Shown: positions 1 through 12,828 of the stretch, piece by piece | Numbering within the stretch: position 1 is the stretch's first letter | Layout of the letters: each line of letters begins with the position of its first letter | NCBI GenBank assembly: GCA_964016885.1 | Contig: OZ024754.1 | Location: 992,001 to 1,056,000, forward strand | DNA: 64,000 bases | DNA from: Eledone cirrhosa | Lineage: Eukaryota | Direction: 5' to 3' | Made by a program: the position numbers and the translations under genes | Notes under the pieces: generated by a model | What the model was told of the DNA's origin: nothing | What the model saw: the letters and a program-made list of their open reading frames with translations, nothing else | Databases searched by the model: none

Positions 1-912
1 TGTTCCCTGGCCCAGCAGCAGGGACCTGGCTGTCATCCAAATACTGCTGGTGTTGGAGGAAGAAGAAGAAGAAGGAAAGGGACAAGAACCAACTGGACGA
101 AAGAATTGCATAGAACTGTTATGCAATGTTACCTGAAGAGTAACCCCAAGGAAAAAGGCTATAGGGAACGGATGCATAACATCTGGAACGAGATTGGTCT
201 ATTTAAATTAGATGAACAAAAATTGGCCGGGCAGGCCCGGGTAATAAGAACTGATGGATGGATAAGCGAGTTGGAACTGGGGGAACTGAGCAGAGAGATT
301 AGGTTGGAAATGGAGAGTGGAGTATGCCAGGCAAACGAGCCAATGGGAAATGAAGGTGAAGAGGTTGAGAGACCGGAGGAAGCATCCGAAGCAGACAATG
401 ATCTGAATGCTGACATAAATAATATCTGGAACAAAGATGCGGCCATTGAGGAAATGAATGCTGACGGGCCAGGACAAGATTTAGTTGATATCCTAAACTA
501 TAGATGAAATGAACAATGATAGTGGGAAACCTATGAACCTAAGATTTGTAGACAGGAAAAAGTTAAAAGAAACAACAGCTAAGGTAAACAAAGTCATCCC
601 ATACCTTGAGGCGAGGAACCTTCATCAAAGCAACAGCAAATGCGGTGAGGAAATTACTTGGCATAAAAACGAGAGGAAACAACAAACAAGAAAGATCAGA
701 ACCTTGGTGGAAGAAACGACTGAATGGTCAAATCAGGGAAATGAGAAATGACATTGGAAAGCTTGAGTCCCTACTGAATGGGACACTACAAAACATAGAC
801 ACTAAAAATAGACTGGAAATAAAGTACAAAACTAGGAGGAAAAAGCTAAATATTATCATAGAGAAACTGAAGCAACGCATTGTAGCAAAGAGTGCAAAGA
901 TTAGGCGGTATG
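1..912 (+). mobile_element. Degenerate N-terminal ORF region of an R4/Dong-type non-LTR retrotransposon
   Basis: Frameshifted ORFs 106-507 and 606-944 (WTKELHRTVMQCYLKSNPKEKGYRERMHNIW...; EPWWKKRL...IEKLKQRIVAKSAKIRRY) resemble the pre-RT region of R4/Dong ORFs and the N-termini at 996-1604 and 4265-4936. Confidence 0.6.
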
Positions 913-3233
913 AGACTCGTCCTAGGAGTGGTAACTCTAAATGATTACCCCTTGGCGGTTAAGGATAAAACACAACGAAATAAATCCAATGCCAAATGAT
1001 AAAAACTCATACCGGATCGGCCGTCACCCGGGTCAAAAAGAACCGCGCACCTCAGAGAAGAACCAGACTGGGGTCGAAAAATCAGCTAATGGTTCAAACC
1101 TTCCCATCAATTCGGAGCTGGAGACCTCCCATAACTGGAATATTCCTACTGATGACCCTCCATGCTTACCACCAAGAAATCCAAAGAAAAAGAGAGAAAA
1201 ATGGTCAAGGGGAGACAATAAGGCAAAAAGTCCATGAGGCTTTCTACACTGCCATGTACTACCCATCAAATAGATCGAATACAGAACAGACATATATCAA
1301 CTGGAAAATGAAACATCCTGAAAACAGAGGCTACATTGACAGTCACAAACTAGCTAATATACGAAGAAATATTGTTAAGAAGAAGTTACTAACTGGCATA
1401 GAAATTGATCAGATCAAGCAATTAGCACAAAGTCAACGAAGGGAAAATGAAACACGTGCCAGTGAAAACGAAGTAAATTGTAATATCTTAAATCCCAGGG
1501 TCGGGGCAGAATCACTGACAACAGAACACATTAAAGAAAGGAAGTGGAAGGAGTGCATGTTCAAAATGAAAACAATGAAGAGATCATCAATGATAAAGAA
1601 ATGAATGTGATCGAATGGAGGAAAGTGAAAGAATCTGACATGGGGGAACGAGACAATAATATGTTCAAAACCAACCAAAGAAACTGCTACAGAAAAATTG
1701 GCAAGTCAACAATAACTGCTAAATCAATACCACCCAAGGAGGAAGTGCAAGAATTCTGGGAAAGATCTGGGCCGAAGAAAAAGTTCATAATATACATGCC
1801 CCATGGATAGACTGACAAATGAAAGATACAGCTCAACTTGAGGAACAAACATGGGGAAATATAACAGTTGAACATCTGCGTTTAGCTCTTAGAAAATTCG
1901 GCAAATAGAAATCTCCAGGGAAAGACAAAATACCAAATTTTTGGATAAATGCCTTCACAGAGTCTCATGAGCTGTTAGCCCAACTTTACAATGAAATGGT
2001 TAAGGAGCCAGAAAAGATACCCTGTGCAGAAAGGGTGTAAACGAGGCTCATATGGCTGTAAGTATCAGCTTTTGATTAACAAAATGATACTGGAAGATTG
2101 TCATAATATTCAAAAATCTATCAATTGCTTGGATAGATTACAAAAAAAGCATTCGATAGTTTGCCACACAGTTGGATTGAAAAGTGTTTAGAGATTTTCA
2201 AAATATCTCCCGTTGTCAGGAGGTTCCTGTCATTCAGTATGAAAAGATGGAAAACAACACTCCTTTTGAATAGGGAAAAGAATCACTGGAAGCTGGAGAA
2301 GTTAATACTAATTGTGGAATTTTTCAGGGTGGCTTTTTATAACCGCTTTTATTCTGCATCGCACTTATACCATTAAGTAAAATGCTCAATCAAACAAAAC
2401 ATGGATATAAAGTCTATGACAAAACCATTAATCACTTGTTCTACATGGATGACCTGAAATTATTTGCAAAAAATGATGAGCAATTGCAAGGGCTATTATC
2501 CACTGTGAAGCAGTTCAGTGATGATATTAATGGAGTTTGGACTAGATAAATGCGCCAAAGCCACGCTCACCAGAGGAAAGCTGCTGAGAAGTTCAGACAT
2601 TAATCTTGACCGGGGGAATGTGATAAGAGAACTTGATCAAGAGGAAACTTACAAATATCTAGGTGTTTGTGAAGGAGACGGAACAAAGCACTCTACGATG
2701 AGGGAAAGGATAAGGAAGGAATGTTACCGCAGAGTAAGAGCAATCTTAAAAACGGAGTTGAATGCAAGAAATTGGATCGATGCCATAAACACGCTTACCA
2801 TACCAGTAGTAACTTACAGTTTCAATGTCACCAACTGGTCAAGCACCGTAGGCTCGATACAAAAATGAGAAAATTCTTAACCATGCACAGAATGCATCAC
2901 CGTAAGGCAGATACAGATAGAATATATCTCCCTAGGAAAGAAGGAGGACGTGGATTAATTCAGTTATATATTGCTTTGAAAACTGTAACAATTGGATTAT
3001 CTACATATCTAAAGGAGACACATGATTGGATGATCAAACTCGTTTTGAAACATGAAAGCATAAAAAAATCCTACTCCATTACAAAAGATGCACAAAGATA
3101 CAGTAATTAACTACAAATTTTAGAAGTTCACTTTACTGCTGAAATGAAAAAACACAGAAAAAGCAAAGCAGGTAAAAGTTACTGCAAAGAAAGAACTGCT
3201 ACAGAAACTGGCTAAGAAATGGCAAGAAGGAAA
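913..3233 (+). mobile_element. Degenerate, internally deleted R4/Dong-type element (leader, N-terminus and RT)
   Basis: RT motifs spread across frames: QKGCKRGSYGCKYQLLINKMIL, AFDSLPHSWI, INHLFYMDDLKLF, FGLDKCAK, YKYLG, DRIYLPRKEGGRGL; many stops and frameshifts. Confidence 0.85.
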
Positions 3234-3546
3234 AAATGAAGGAATTGATAAGATCTGAGTACATAAGGAGAGTATGGAACGTATTAAAATCACATCTAAA
3301 TCGTAGGAATGTCATAAGTGCAGTAAATTCCCGAGCTGTGTTTATTATTAGGTACAGTGCAGGAATTCTGAAATGGAATGTTGCTGAACAAAAAGAAATG
3401 GATAGGAAGACTAGGAATATAATGACTACCTACAACATGTTCCACAAGAGGAGTGATGTCGATAGACTCTACTTAAAGAGATCTGAAGGTGGAAGAGGTT
3501 TATCAGCATAGAGGACTGTGTTCAGATGGAGAAATACAACCTGCAC
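3234..3546 (+). mobile_element. RT C-terminal fragment of the Dong family seen at 37890-39807
   Basis: MKELIRSEYIRRV...[22 protein letters not shown] closely matches the 598-aa ORF at 37978-39774. Confidence 0.85.
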
Positions 3547-5156
3547 GTCTGAATCTTTTACTAAGCACTTTTCTTTCATCTACCTTCTTCAGGTATCGGC
3601 GTTTTTCGCTAACAGCTCTCAATTCTTGTTTGATGGTGATCAGCTTATATTGAAGATTTCTGGTTCTACTGTTACCAAACATCGTCTCTATTTTATTTTT
3701 CACTCTTTGTTGGTGAGGAGTGAGTTTTTTTTGTGTTTGTTTGCACGTAAGGAGCATTGTCACATATCCTATGGTTTTCCGTAGGTCAGGAATATTTTTT
3801 TCTATTTTAGTTATATATGATGGTACCTTTGGTGGTGTTTTGTTCTTGTTAATATCTCTGCTATCACCAAGATAATGCTTCACTGTCGTTGCTAAGGCAT
3901 ATAAACAGGCGTTGATTTGCCAAAATGTTGAGGTTTTTATCCGTCGCAAATATTCATCTCCTATTTCGTCAATAACACGTAATATTTCATTATTATTATT
4001 ATTTTTTTTTTTTTTTTTAAATTAAATATTGCTGTTTTAATACGTTCAGCAAGTGAGATATTTATACATGAATTAATTTCTCTCTGGAAGATTTCGTTGA
4101 GGGAAATTTTTAATTGTTCATACTTTTGATTATTATCATTATCGATAAAGGGCGGTAGATTGGCAGTATCGGTAGAGGGTCTGACGCCATGCTTTGACGC
4201 ATAGGGTTACGGCCCTTTCCATTCTGAGTTCAAATCCTGCCGAAGTTAACTTTGCCTTTCATCATTACGGGGTCGATAAAATAAAGTACCAGTAATGCAC
4301 TGATGAATTGCTGGCTTTGTGCCAAAAGTAGAAACAATTATTATCATTATCGATAGTATTTTCCACAATAGTCGAGGTAGACTTGGATGGTACACGTGGT
4401 GTCAAATTTCTTCGATTATTATTATTATTTCTTCGATTATTATTATTATCGATAGTGTTTTCCCCAGCATTCGAGGTAGACTTAGATGGCACACGTGGTG
4501 TCAAGTTTCTTACAGGCATAGTTGTTTCAAGGCACTGTTCGACCTGGCTGCTAGGAAGTCTAGTAGCATGGCGACCTGTAGCACGTGTTGTTGATTCCAT
4601 GTTTGTTGTGGGATACTTATAATTAATAATATTTATCTTATTTTTACGTTCAACAAATGTCGCTTGTTGGCGTAATTGTTTGGCTGTGAATTGATTTAGC
4701 TCTGGGTGTATTTCGTTCCAGTGTAGCTTCATTCTGTTCATATAGCCAATGGAGGGATTGTTTTTTGCCATTTTATAACAATTAAATAAATCATCATTAA
4801 GTTCGCAACTCCAAGAGAAATGCGATTTATAATTTCGGTTTCTTCTGTAGCTACAACTGAATACATTTTGTTTACCATTCTCGTTGTTTATCTTCGATAC
4901 TTCCTCAATTTTGTTGTTGATGTTGTATTCATCCATGCTGTTTGTAGCAAATCCTTATAAAATGAATTATGTATTTAGTCGGATATCTCTACGAATTCGA
5001 ATAAAAGGTGTCTTCAGAAGATATAGTTAGAAGAATAACCAGTTATTCAACATGACTGTAGTTGTGGCATTATTGTCGGAGATAGTATTCATTTTAAATT
5101 TAATAAATAGTCTCCCACGCCAAAATATGCGACTGATCGCGTTGACTGTGTTCTGT
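3547..5156 (-). mobile_element. 5' part (leader plus N-terminal ORF) of another R4/Dong-like family, interrupted by a SINE
   Basis: ORF 4265-4936 (WSCELNDDLFNCYKMAK...GYMNRMKLHWNEIHPE...QLRQQA) is similar to the N-terminus at 106; it continues in ORF 3503-3949; a second copy lies at 23722-24403; it starts next to (TATG)n. Confidence 0.65.
4148..4336 (+). mobile_element. tRNA-head SINE, family 1, with 19-bp TSD
   Basis: A-box-like tggcagtatcggtag, B-box gagttcaaatcc, central gcctttcatc...gtcgataaaataaagtaccag; TSD attattatcattatcgata at 4129-4147 and 4337-4355. Confidence 0.9.
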
Positions 5157-5240
5157 TATGTATGTATGTATGTATGTATGTATGTATGTATGTATGTATG
5201 TATGTATGTATGTATGTATGTATGTATGTATGTATGTATG
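5157..5240. repeat. (TATG)n microsatellite between two head-to-tail R4-like elements
   Basis: Seen directly. Confidence 0.95.
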
Positions 5241-6198
5241 TTATCTGTCTCTCTTAATTTTGAGTATATTTTTTGACCGGCCACTTTCCTGGTGGCAAGG
5301 TTGTAAAAGAAAAGAAATTGTCATCTCTTGAATCGCAAGAATGTTTTGCAAATTTTGAAGGTGCCAGCTATCGCAGCCATTTGTAGACTATGAATTAGGG
5401 AGCTGCGCTCTTTGTCCGCAAATCCAAGTTCAGTAATACATTGGTCCAAGCGGGTTGGCATATAACCCGTAGCTCCAATAAAGCTAAAGGTGTATCTTGG
5501 ATACTGGATTTGTAAACTCCTCATCAATGGTCCGTAGATGTCCTCCTTCTCCTTATTCTTCTGACAACGTTTACATCGAGTGGGCAGCTGATCCCCCACA
5601 ACAGAACACGTTTTGAATGTGTGGTCCCAAACAACAATATCAGGCCAGTTGTGCTTTAATTTGGTGGCAGTTTTTATTTTCAGGTTACACCTGTATTCCT
5701 TAGTGCCATCAGTCTCAATATATTCTTCCTCGTTTGTTGTTAATTTTGTTTTCCGAAGTGCGTTCCAGATGGTTCTAGCTATCCCATCGTGTCTCATGGG
5801 AGGTAGTAGCGAGATGACATTCTTTCGCAGCTGGCAACAATGTAGCTTACATCCTCGATCTTTGTTTTACATAGCCTACATTTATTGTCAGCTGATGGCC
5901 CTCCTCTTTTGTGCAGCAGATATTTGGTAGGGAGTTCTTGTTCCTGTATTGCATAGAGATATCCCTCAAGGTGTGATGCCATAAATTTGTCGGAACTCCA
6001 TGACAGGCTTTTTGAATGGTTTATCCCCTCTATGGTCTGTGTTTTACGTCTCAAGTATCCATGCACAACTTTTTCTGTAAATTGGTCAATTTTTTAAAAT
6101 ATTGTTTGAACATTGAATAGGATCTTCCGATTTCTCTGGGTGAGAGATTTATATCAGGCTTTATTCCATATCAGTGGCTATCCTAATGATATTTTTGG
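5241..6198 (-). mobile_element. 5'-truncated R4/Dong-like 3' end (Zn knuckle and RLE endonuclease)
   Basis: EGYLYAIQEQ, CRLCKTKIEDVSYIVASC, RHDGIA, KHNWPDIVVWD, EKEDIYGPL; flanked on both sides by (TATG)n. Confidence 0.85.
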
Positions 6199-6199
6199 A

Positions 6200-6283
6200 T
6201 GTGTATGTATGTATGTATGTATGTATGTATGTATGTATGTATGTATGTATGTATGTATGTATGTATGTATGTATGTATGTATG

Positions 6284-6315
<32 letters not shown>

Positions 6316-6575
6316 AGTGTATGTGTGTATGTATGTGTCTATGTGTATGTATGCGTGTTTATGTGTGTGTATGTGCATTTATGTATAATATATGTTTGTG
6401 TTTTATAGGTGCATGTGTACGTGTATGTATGTGTTCGTGTGTGTATGTATATGTATTTTCATGTACGTGTATGTGTACATTTATGTGTGTATTTGAATAT
6501 ATGTGTATATGTTGATGTGTGTATATGTGTATATGTCTATGTGTGCGTTTATGTGTGCATGTATATGTGTGCGTA
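6200..6575. repeat. (TATG)n grading into degenerate (TG/TA)n
   Basis: Seen directly. Confidence 0.9.
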
Positions 6576-6889
6576 TAAAGAAAGTTTAGTTTTTTTTATT
6601 TCTTTTCAAATTTTCACGTTTTTCTTCTGCTAACTCAAAATTGACATTGACATTTTAAAATACTCACAAATATTGGCAGAATCTGTAGCAGTCATTTAAA
6701 GTAATTGGAAATATACAGTAGATTGGTTTCTCACATTTCTCATCTTTCTCTAAGTGTTGCTATCAGATTTTCTGATACATTACACTGATTGCCTTAACGC
6801 ATACCCGCAGGTCTACCTTACAACTCTACACTGAACATACTTTGCAGTACTTCAATTAATTAATGCACTTTACTAACGCTTGGACAATA

Positions 6890-7100
6890 TTGGTTTCTGA
6901 TTTAGGTACAAGGCCAACAATTTTTGGGGAAGGGAAAGTCGATTAAATCGACTCCAGTGCATTACTGGTACTTTATTTATTTTAAGGATGAAAGGCAAAG
7001 CTAATCCCAGCAGAATTTGAAGTCAGATCATAAAAGGGTGTAACTCTATGCCATAAAGCATGTTGTCCGACGCTATACCGATACTGCCTATCCACTGTCC
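6890..7100 (-). mobile_element. SINE family 1 (diverged)
   Basis: Reverse complement of the 4148 consensus. Confidence 0.8.
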
Positions 7101-7357
7101 TTATACAAATTATTAGCAACCAAAACACACACTTTTATCAGAGTTAGTGTATAATATAAATAGATATAAAATGGTAGCCAGAAAAAAAAATTAAAACTGA
7201 ATATTGATAAAGTTGTTGTTGCAGCTCACATCTATGTAGGTTCGGTTAGCCTATTATGAGTTTCTCGGATGTTTTAATGATAGACTATCATAGAAAGACA
7301 CCTCTCCGTTGCTGGTGTTAACTCTCAGCTTCTGCTGATATTGCTAGTTCTCATATT

Positions 7358-7482
7358 TTTCAGATGAGTGGGCTGGCGCAATATGAAATGAAGCGTCTTG
7401 CTCAAGAACACAATGCCCTGCCCAGACCAGGAATCAAAACCTTAACTGTAGGATCGTGAGCTCAACCACTAGGCCACACGCC
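7358..7482 (-). mobile_element. SINE family 2, tRNA-head part
   Basis: tcttgctcaagaacacaa...ggaatc...accactaggccac; related to 16475-16577 and 56510-56818. Confidence 0.65.
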
Positions 7483-7907
7483 TTTTGATGAGGTTGTAAA
7501 AACGTAGAGGCTGGTTATGTAGCTTTTCTTTTTCTGGTCATATAGAGAAGAAACGTGTTTTAATCATAATATCTACTTTTCACAGTGGGGTTAAAACACA
7601 CATCTCTAGGTCTACCTGATATTTCTATGCATGTGTGCAAGTTTAGTATTCTTTACATGCTGCTCTTGTAAAATAGACGAGAGGAGCAAAAAAAAAAAAA
7701 AATAGCTAGGAGAGCAAAAACGTTTTTTTACAAGCTCGAATATATAAAAAAGAGAAAGAAGTGAGAGAGAGAGAGAGAGAGAGAGATAAGAGAGAGAGGG
7801 CGAGAAAGGGGGTGGGAGAAAGAGTGGTTTAGTAATTTACCGTCGGGAAAAAAATAATATGCAATAGGAATTTTTAATGAGCTAAGAAACACCACATATA
7901 TATATAA

Positions 7908-8318
7908 TGGTTTCTGATTTAGGCACAAGGCCAGCCATTTTAGGAGAGGGGAAAGTCGATTAAATCGACCCAGTGGTACTTTATTTTATCAATCCCGTAA
8001 GGATGAAAGGCAAAACTAACCTCGGCGGGATTTGAACTCAGAATGTAAAGCACCATAACTATACACCGCAAAGCATAATGTCCAGCGCTCTACCAAAACT
8101 GCCAATCCACTGTCCTACACATAAATATAATTGTTTCTTATATAGGCACAAGGCCAGCAATTACCCAATACATTGCTGGTACTTTATTTTATCGACCCCG
8201 TAAGGATGAAAGGCAAAGTTAACCTCGGCGGGATTTGAACTCAGACCATAAAGGGCCGTAACTCTTTGCTGCAAAGCAGGCGTCAGACCCTCTACCGTTA
8301 CTGCCAATCCACCGCCCT
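7908..8318 (-). mobile_element. Two adjacent SINE family 1 copies (about 7908-8115 and 8128-8318)
   Basis: Each has aggatgaaaggcaaa...cctcggcgggatttgaactcag...actgccaatccac. Confidence 0.85.
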
Positions 8319-9251
8319 AAACATAAATATAATAAAATAAAAACACGTAATGCACAATTTCTTCGCGTTAGCTGGTAACTATCAGATTGGTACAAAAAGA
8401 TTGCGAATTTTATTTGTTATATTTAAGGAAATATGTCTCATTTCATAAGTCATCTATAATGAATGTAGTCAAGCGTTGTCATGGTTTAAGAAATAGTTGG
8501 CGATTCTGCTTACTGACCATTAAACATTGACCACCAGTAGCTACCTTTTGATGTAGCTTCAGTTTGATCGTTGGATGCTGTTGGTTGTTGTATAGAAATG
8601 TGTTTAGTTGCTTCACTTCCACCCAGTTAGAACGTTACATGCTGTCGGTTTTTGTATAGAATTAATTCTTCGTCACATGTTACATTGTGATTAAGAAATG
8701 AATGTGTGTTGTGCAGAAGTGCTGAGCAGAATTTTAACAGCAACTACTTTTTTTTTTCTTTCAGCTCATGTAGCGTTCATTTGTTGAAAGTTTTGATCCC
8801 TCAATGGGATCTGTTAATAAATCAACATTGAATTTTCTAACCTGTTTTGCGTGGATTTGCTTCAATTAATCGTCTTCAACTGCTCGTTGTAAATCACAGA
8901 ATGTCATCTACTACGAATGTTGAATTGTACATTTTATGACTGTTTCCTGACTAAATGCTTGTTTGATATTGACAGCAGTTGGCACTGCTTTGCGATCCCT
9001 TTTAAATTCCTATAATAAAATCACTGGAATTTGATTTTCATAGAGGAGAAATTAGAAAAAACAACGTGGAGACACAGAATTTAAAATATTAGATTATAAA
9101 CTACATCAGCTGAAATTTGATTTACCAGCATTAATAAGAATAAACAGTGAAATAAAACCTTTCTAATCAATAAGCGAAAAAAACAAAAAAACTGCGCCTG
9201 TAAACAATATTGTATATTGCATGTTATTTCAAAATGTGCATTATCGACGTT

Positions 9252-9350
<99 letters not shown>

Positions 9351-9850
9351 TAATAAGTATGTATACTCACTTAAAAATTTAGATTTGAAACTATCTAATC
9401 TCGGCGTGATTTCAACTCAGAACGTAAAGGGCCGTAACTCTATGCGAAAAACATTGTCCGACTCTCTACTGATACTGCACTACATAACGCTAGGATATGG
9501 GCAGATTTAAGATACGCTCTTTGATAAGATGCCAATAAACGCACACACCAAAACTATTGTTTAACCAGCGTGTTTTACTATAACCCCGAGGTTACATTTT
9601 GCGTGCCAACGCTTGCACTTTTACAAATATTAGGCAGATTTATTCGATTGCGCCCGTCTGTGTGCTTACTATAAATAGTTATGAGCTACTTTTCTTTCCA
9701 TGGAATGGAAATAAATAATCAATCCATGAAGAAACGCTCGTAAACGTTGAAACTAGTTAGCTCAATGTCTTTTTCACAACACAACCATCAAAACAGTGGT
9801 TCAATGACGATGTCTTGAACACACATTAACAATAACTTGAGGCTCTAGAT

Positions 9851-10181
9851 CAGCGTTTCTCAACCTTTTTACCCTTGTGGAACCCTTGAAATAGGTTCAT
9901 GTCTCAGGGAACCCCTACATAAAAATTATTATATACCATTAATAATATCTATTTCTTATATTGACCTAGTTTTAAATAATATAAGAGGTTGAAGCCTTTC
10001 TTAAAATAAACAAGGATCTTCCGACAATATGCCGTAAATGTATAGTAAAATTACGAATATAAAATTTAAAAAAAATTACTTTTTAAAATACATTAGTTTA
10101 TTTATCACTGGTTCTCGCGGAACTCCTAGCGACCTCTTGCGGAATCCTAGGGTTCCGGGGAACACCGGTTGAGAAACGCTG
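9851..10181. mobile_element. Non-autonomous hAT (Charlie-type) MITE
   Basis: TIRs cagcgtttctcaacc / ggttgagaaacgctg; perfect 8-bp TSD ctctagat at 9843-9850 and 10182-10189. Confidence 0.92.
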
Positions 10182-10546
10182 CTCTAGATAGTGGCTCTGA
10201 CCACACAATGATTATTAGATTACAACTATTTATAAAATATAAAATAAGGACAGAGCTAAACTAACCAGTCGAATTAGCATATCCATTTATGTACTGGCAA
10301 CATTGATTAATATTAGTAGTATAATGCTACAATAATTTGAAATGTATTTTCCATACCCAAAGAAGATAAAACCTGTTGTAGAAATATTTTTCAGAGAGGA
10401 AAAGATTAAATTTCATTTTTATCAAGAAGGTATAACTTATATTTCAAGGGTTTAGAGTAGCTAAACATCTACAATGATATGTATACAAACTGAATTAAAA
10501 ACAACATTAAAATAAAGGCATGTGAAAAATAGGTGTGTGAATGTGC

Positions 10547-10602
<56 letters not shown>

Positions 10603-11094
10603 TATATCTGTGTGTGTGTGCATAAAAAATGCAATATCTTCTTTTTTTCGCAGTATAATACACAAAATCTACAGTAAACATATGATATTATTATATGCTA
10701 AAACCCCAAACCTTATTACCATCTACGAAATGAAGTTACGTTCAGATGAAACTCTTATTTTATCAAAAGCAATTTAGCAACAATATTGGTTAGAATGGGG
10801 GAAAAGAATTACGAAAAATGTATACAATTTTCGATTTCAATGTATAAGAGGCTGACAAGAGACAATTTATAAGATTTGGAACCGAGAATTTGATAAATAA
10901 TTGTGATAAAAATGTTTCAGTAATTCGATTGTTCTGGAGAAGCTGTGGAAATTCTTTTGAATATATTACATATCAGTACACAATGTTATGTTTTTGTTAA
11001 AAGAATCTTTCCAATAGATAATTTATAAAAAACCCACCACTAAATCCTATATTCATCATTACAAAAATAATTGTCATACTAACATTATATATAT

Positions 11095-11486
11095 ATATTG
11101 TTATACTTAAAGAGGGTCATGTTGCCAATAAGAAACACGCGCACCAGTTGCTTTCACTTCAATTTATTATAAATTTCCGGTTGGTTGGTTGGTTCCACAA
11201 CCGGATGGTTGTTCATATATTATCAAAGTTCTTTCGTTTTTGTGTGTGAACGCACAAAAACAAGATGGCGTAGGACAGAAGAAAGGGGAGGCACAAAACA
11301 AAGAAAAGAATCCCCAGTCACTGAAGAGGTCACAGAATGTGTGACGAAAGAACTTTGACAATATATGAACAACCATCCGGTTGTGGGACCAACCAACCAA
11401 CCGGAAATCTATAATAAATTGAAGTGAAAGCAACTGGTGCGTGTGTTTCTTATTGGCAACATGACCCTCCCAAAGTACAACAATAT
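11095..11486. mobile_element. Fold-back element C: about 143-bp inverted arms (11095-11237 and 11344-11486) with a hammerhead at the inner edge of the right arm
   Basis: Arms are reverse complements with few mismatches; short (TA)n on the left; second single-arm copy at 51874-52030. Confidence 0.85.
11317..11359 (+). ncRNA. Minimal type-I hammerhead ribozyme (Penelope pLTR type)
   Basis: gtca-CTGAAGA-g-gtcaca(gaatg)tgtgac-GAAA-gaac-TT-tgac; stem I gtca/tgac. Confidence 0.7.
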
Positions 11487-11708
11487 CGGTTTCAACACAC
11501 GTTTTCAGATAAAGGATCTTGCTAAACAAATTCAGAAACGAAATATATATATATATAGGGAGTGTAACTTGGAGTTACTGTAGGTTCACCCGGATGAGCA
11601 CTCGATGTTTAGGTTCACTTCAGTGTCGAGGTGTAGAGCTAGACAGAGTGTATTATAGTGAAAAGATAACAAGGACGATTGGTTACTCCTTCATTACATT
11701 TATTTGTT

Positions 11709-11793
11709 GGTGACGCGCGTTTCGCCACTGATCAGCTCAAGGTTCGATCTGTATCGATCTGACCCGACTCTGTAATCCGCGGCTCGTCGGACT
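11709..11793 (-). ncRNA. Hammerhead-like motif with long stem II loop, in a probable PLE 3' remnant (about 11560-12120)
   Basis: Minus strand: gt-CCGACGA-gccgc...gtggc-GAAA-cgcgcg-TC-ac; U4C core change and only a 2-bp stem I. Confidence 0.5.
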
Positions 11794-12271
11794 CCGTGTA
11801 ATGTTAATAGAAAATGAATACATGCTGTATGATAAAGTCAGAAGTTCATATGGTGGTCAATAAAGTTTGTTTTGATTGGAGGATTAGTTCATAGGGATGT
11901 TTATGCCTGTAGAGTATTTGGTGGGTGGGTGTGGTGATAAGATGGTGGTGACGCTCGCAGGCTGAGGTAGGCGGTGAGGTGGGGGGTGCTGGTTGTCGGT
12001 AGACAGATTGGCATCTAGCTGTGGCTGACTTTTGTGTGTGGTGTGGTGTTGTTGTTTGTGGTAAAGATGAGGTAGCGGTGTGTATGGTGGTGTGATGAAT
12101 GTGTTGGTGGTGTCAATTTCAATAATTGGCACAAGGCCAGCAATTACCTAGTACATTACTGGTACTTTATTTTATCGACCCCGTAAGGATGAAAGGCAAA
12201 GTTTTCAATAATGAGATACATACATAGACACACTTAGTCTGACAAATCCGTTGTATACATACACATGTGTG

Positions 12272-12373
<102 letters not shown>

Positions 12374-12590
12374 AAACATGAGAAGAAAGAATACTGCGTG
12401 GTTGCACATGGGTTACATATGATAAAAATAGTCCTTCGTCAGTGATTTTCCAACGTTCATTGGTATTTCATCGCATTAAAAATCATATACCTCCGGTTGG
12501 TGCGAGCAATAGCTAAATAAAGCTATTGGGACAAGTAAATCGCGTAAAGCGAGTGAGACAAGTAAACAACATAGAAGGATGAAAGCAACG

Positions 12591-12636
<46 letters not shown>

Positions 12637-12712
12637 CAAAGGAATTGTGGTAAGGAACCAGATGGACCATAACGCAGCAGAGTACTCAATACTTAGGGTA
12701 GTAGAGTGGGAA

Positions 12713-12828
12713 ATAGGAAAAAGTATGACCCCGACGGCAAAGCTCAAGCCGTTTCGACGGCTATTTCAGTCCAGAAATAGCCGTCGAAACGGCTTGAGCT
12801 CTGCCGTCGGGGTCATACTTTTTCCTAT
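12713..12828. repeat. 55-bp-arm palindrome D whose apex is a hammerhead stem II
   Basis: One mismatch, loop agtcca at 12768-12773; right arm reads stem II-GAAA-cggc(ttgagctct)gccg-TC-ggggtc. Confidence 0.85.

Noticed and set aside
4150-4240. tRNA gene
   Set aside because: The A and B boxes belong to a repeated SINE head and I could not fold a cloverleaf.
6113-6633. ORFs rich in YVCM, HT, YI, CV or poly-K/L here and throughout the window
   Set aside because: They are translations of microsatellites.
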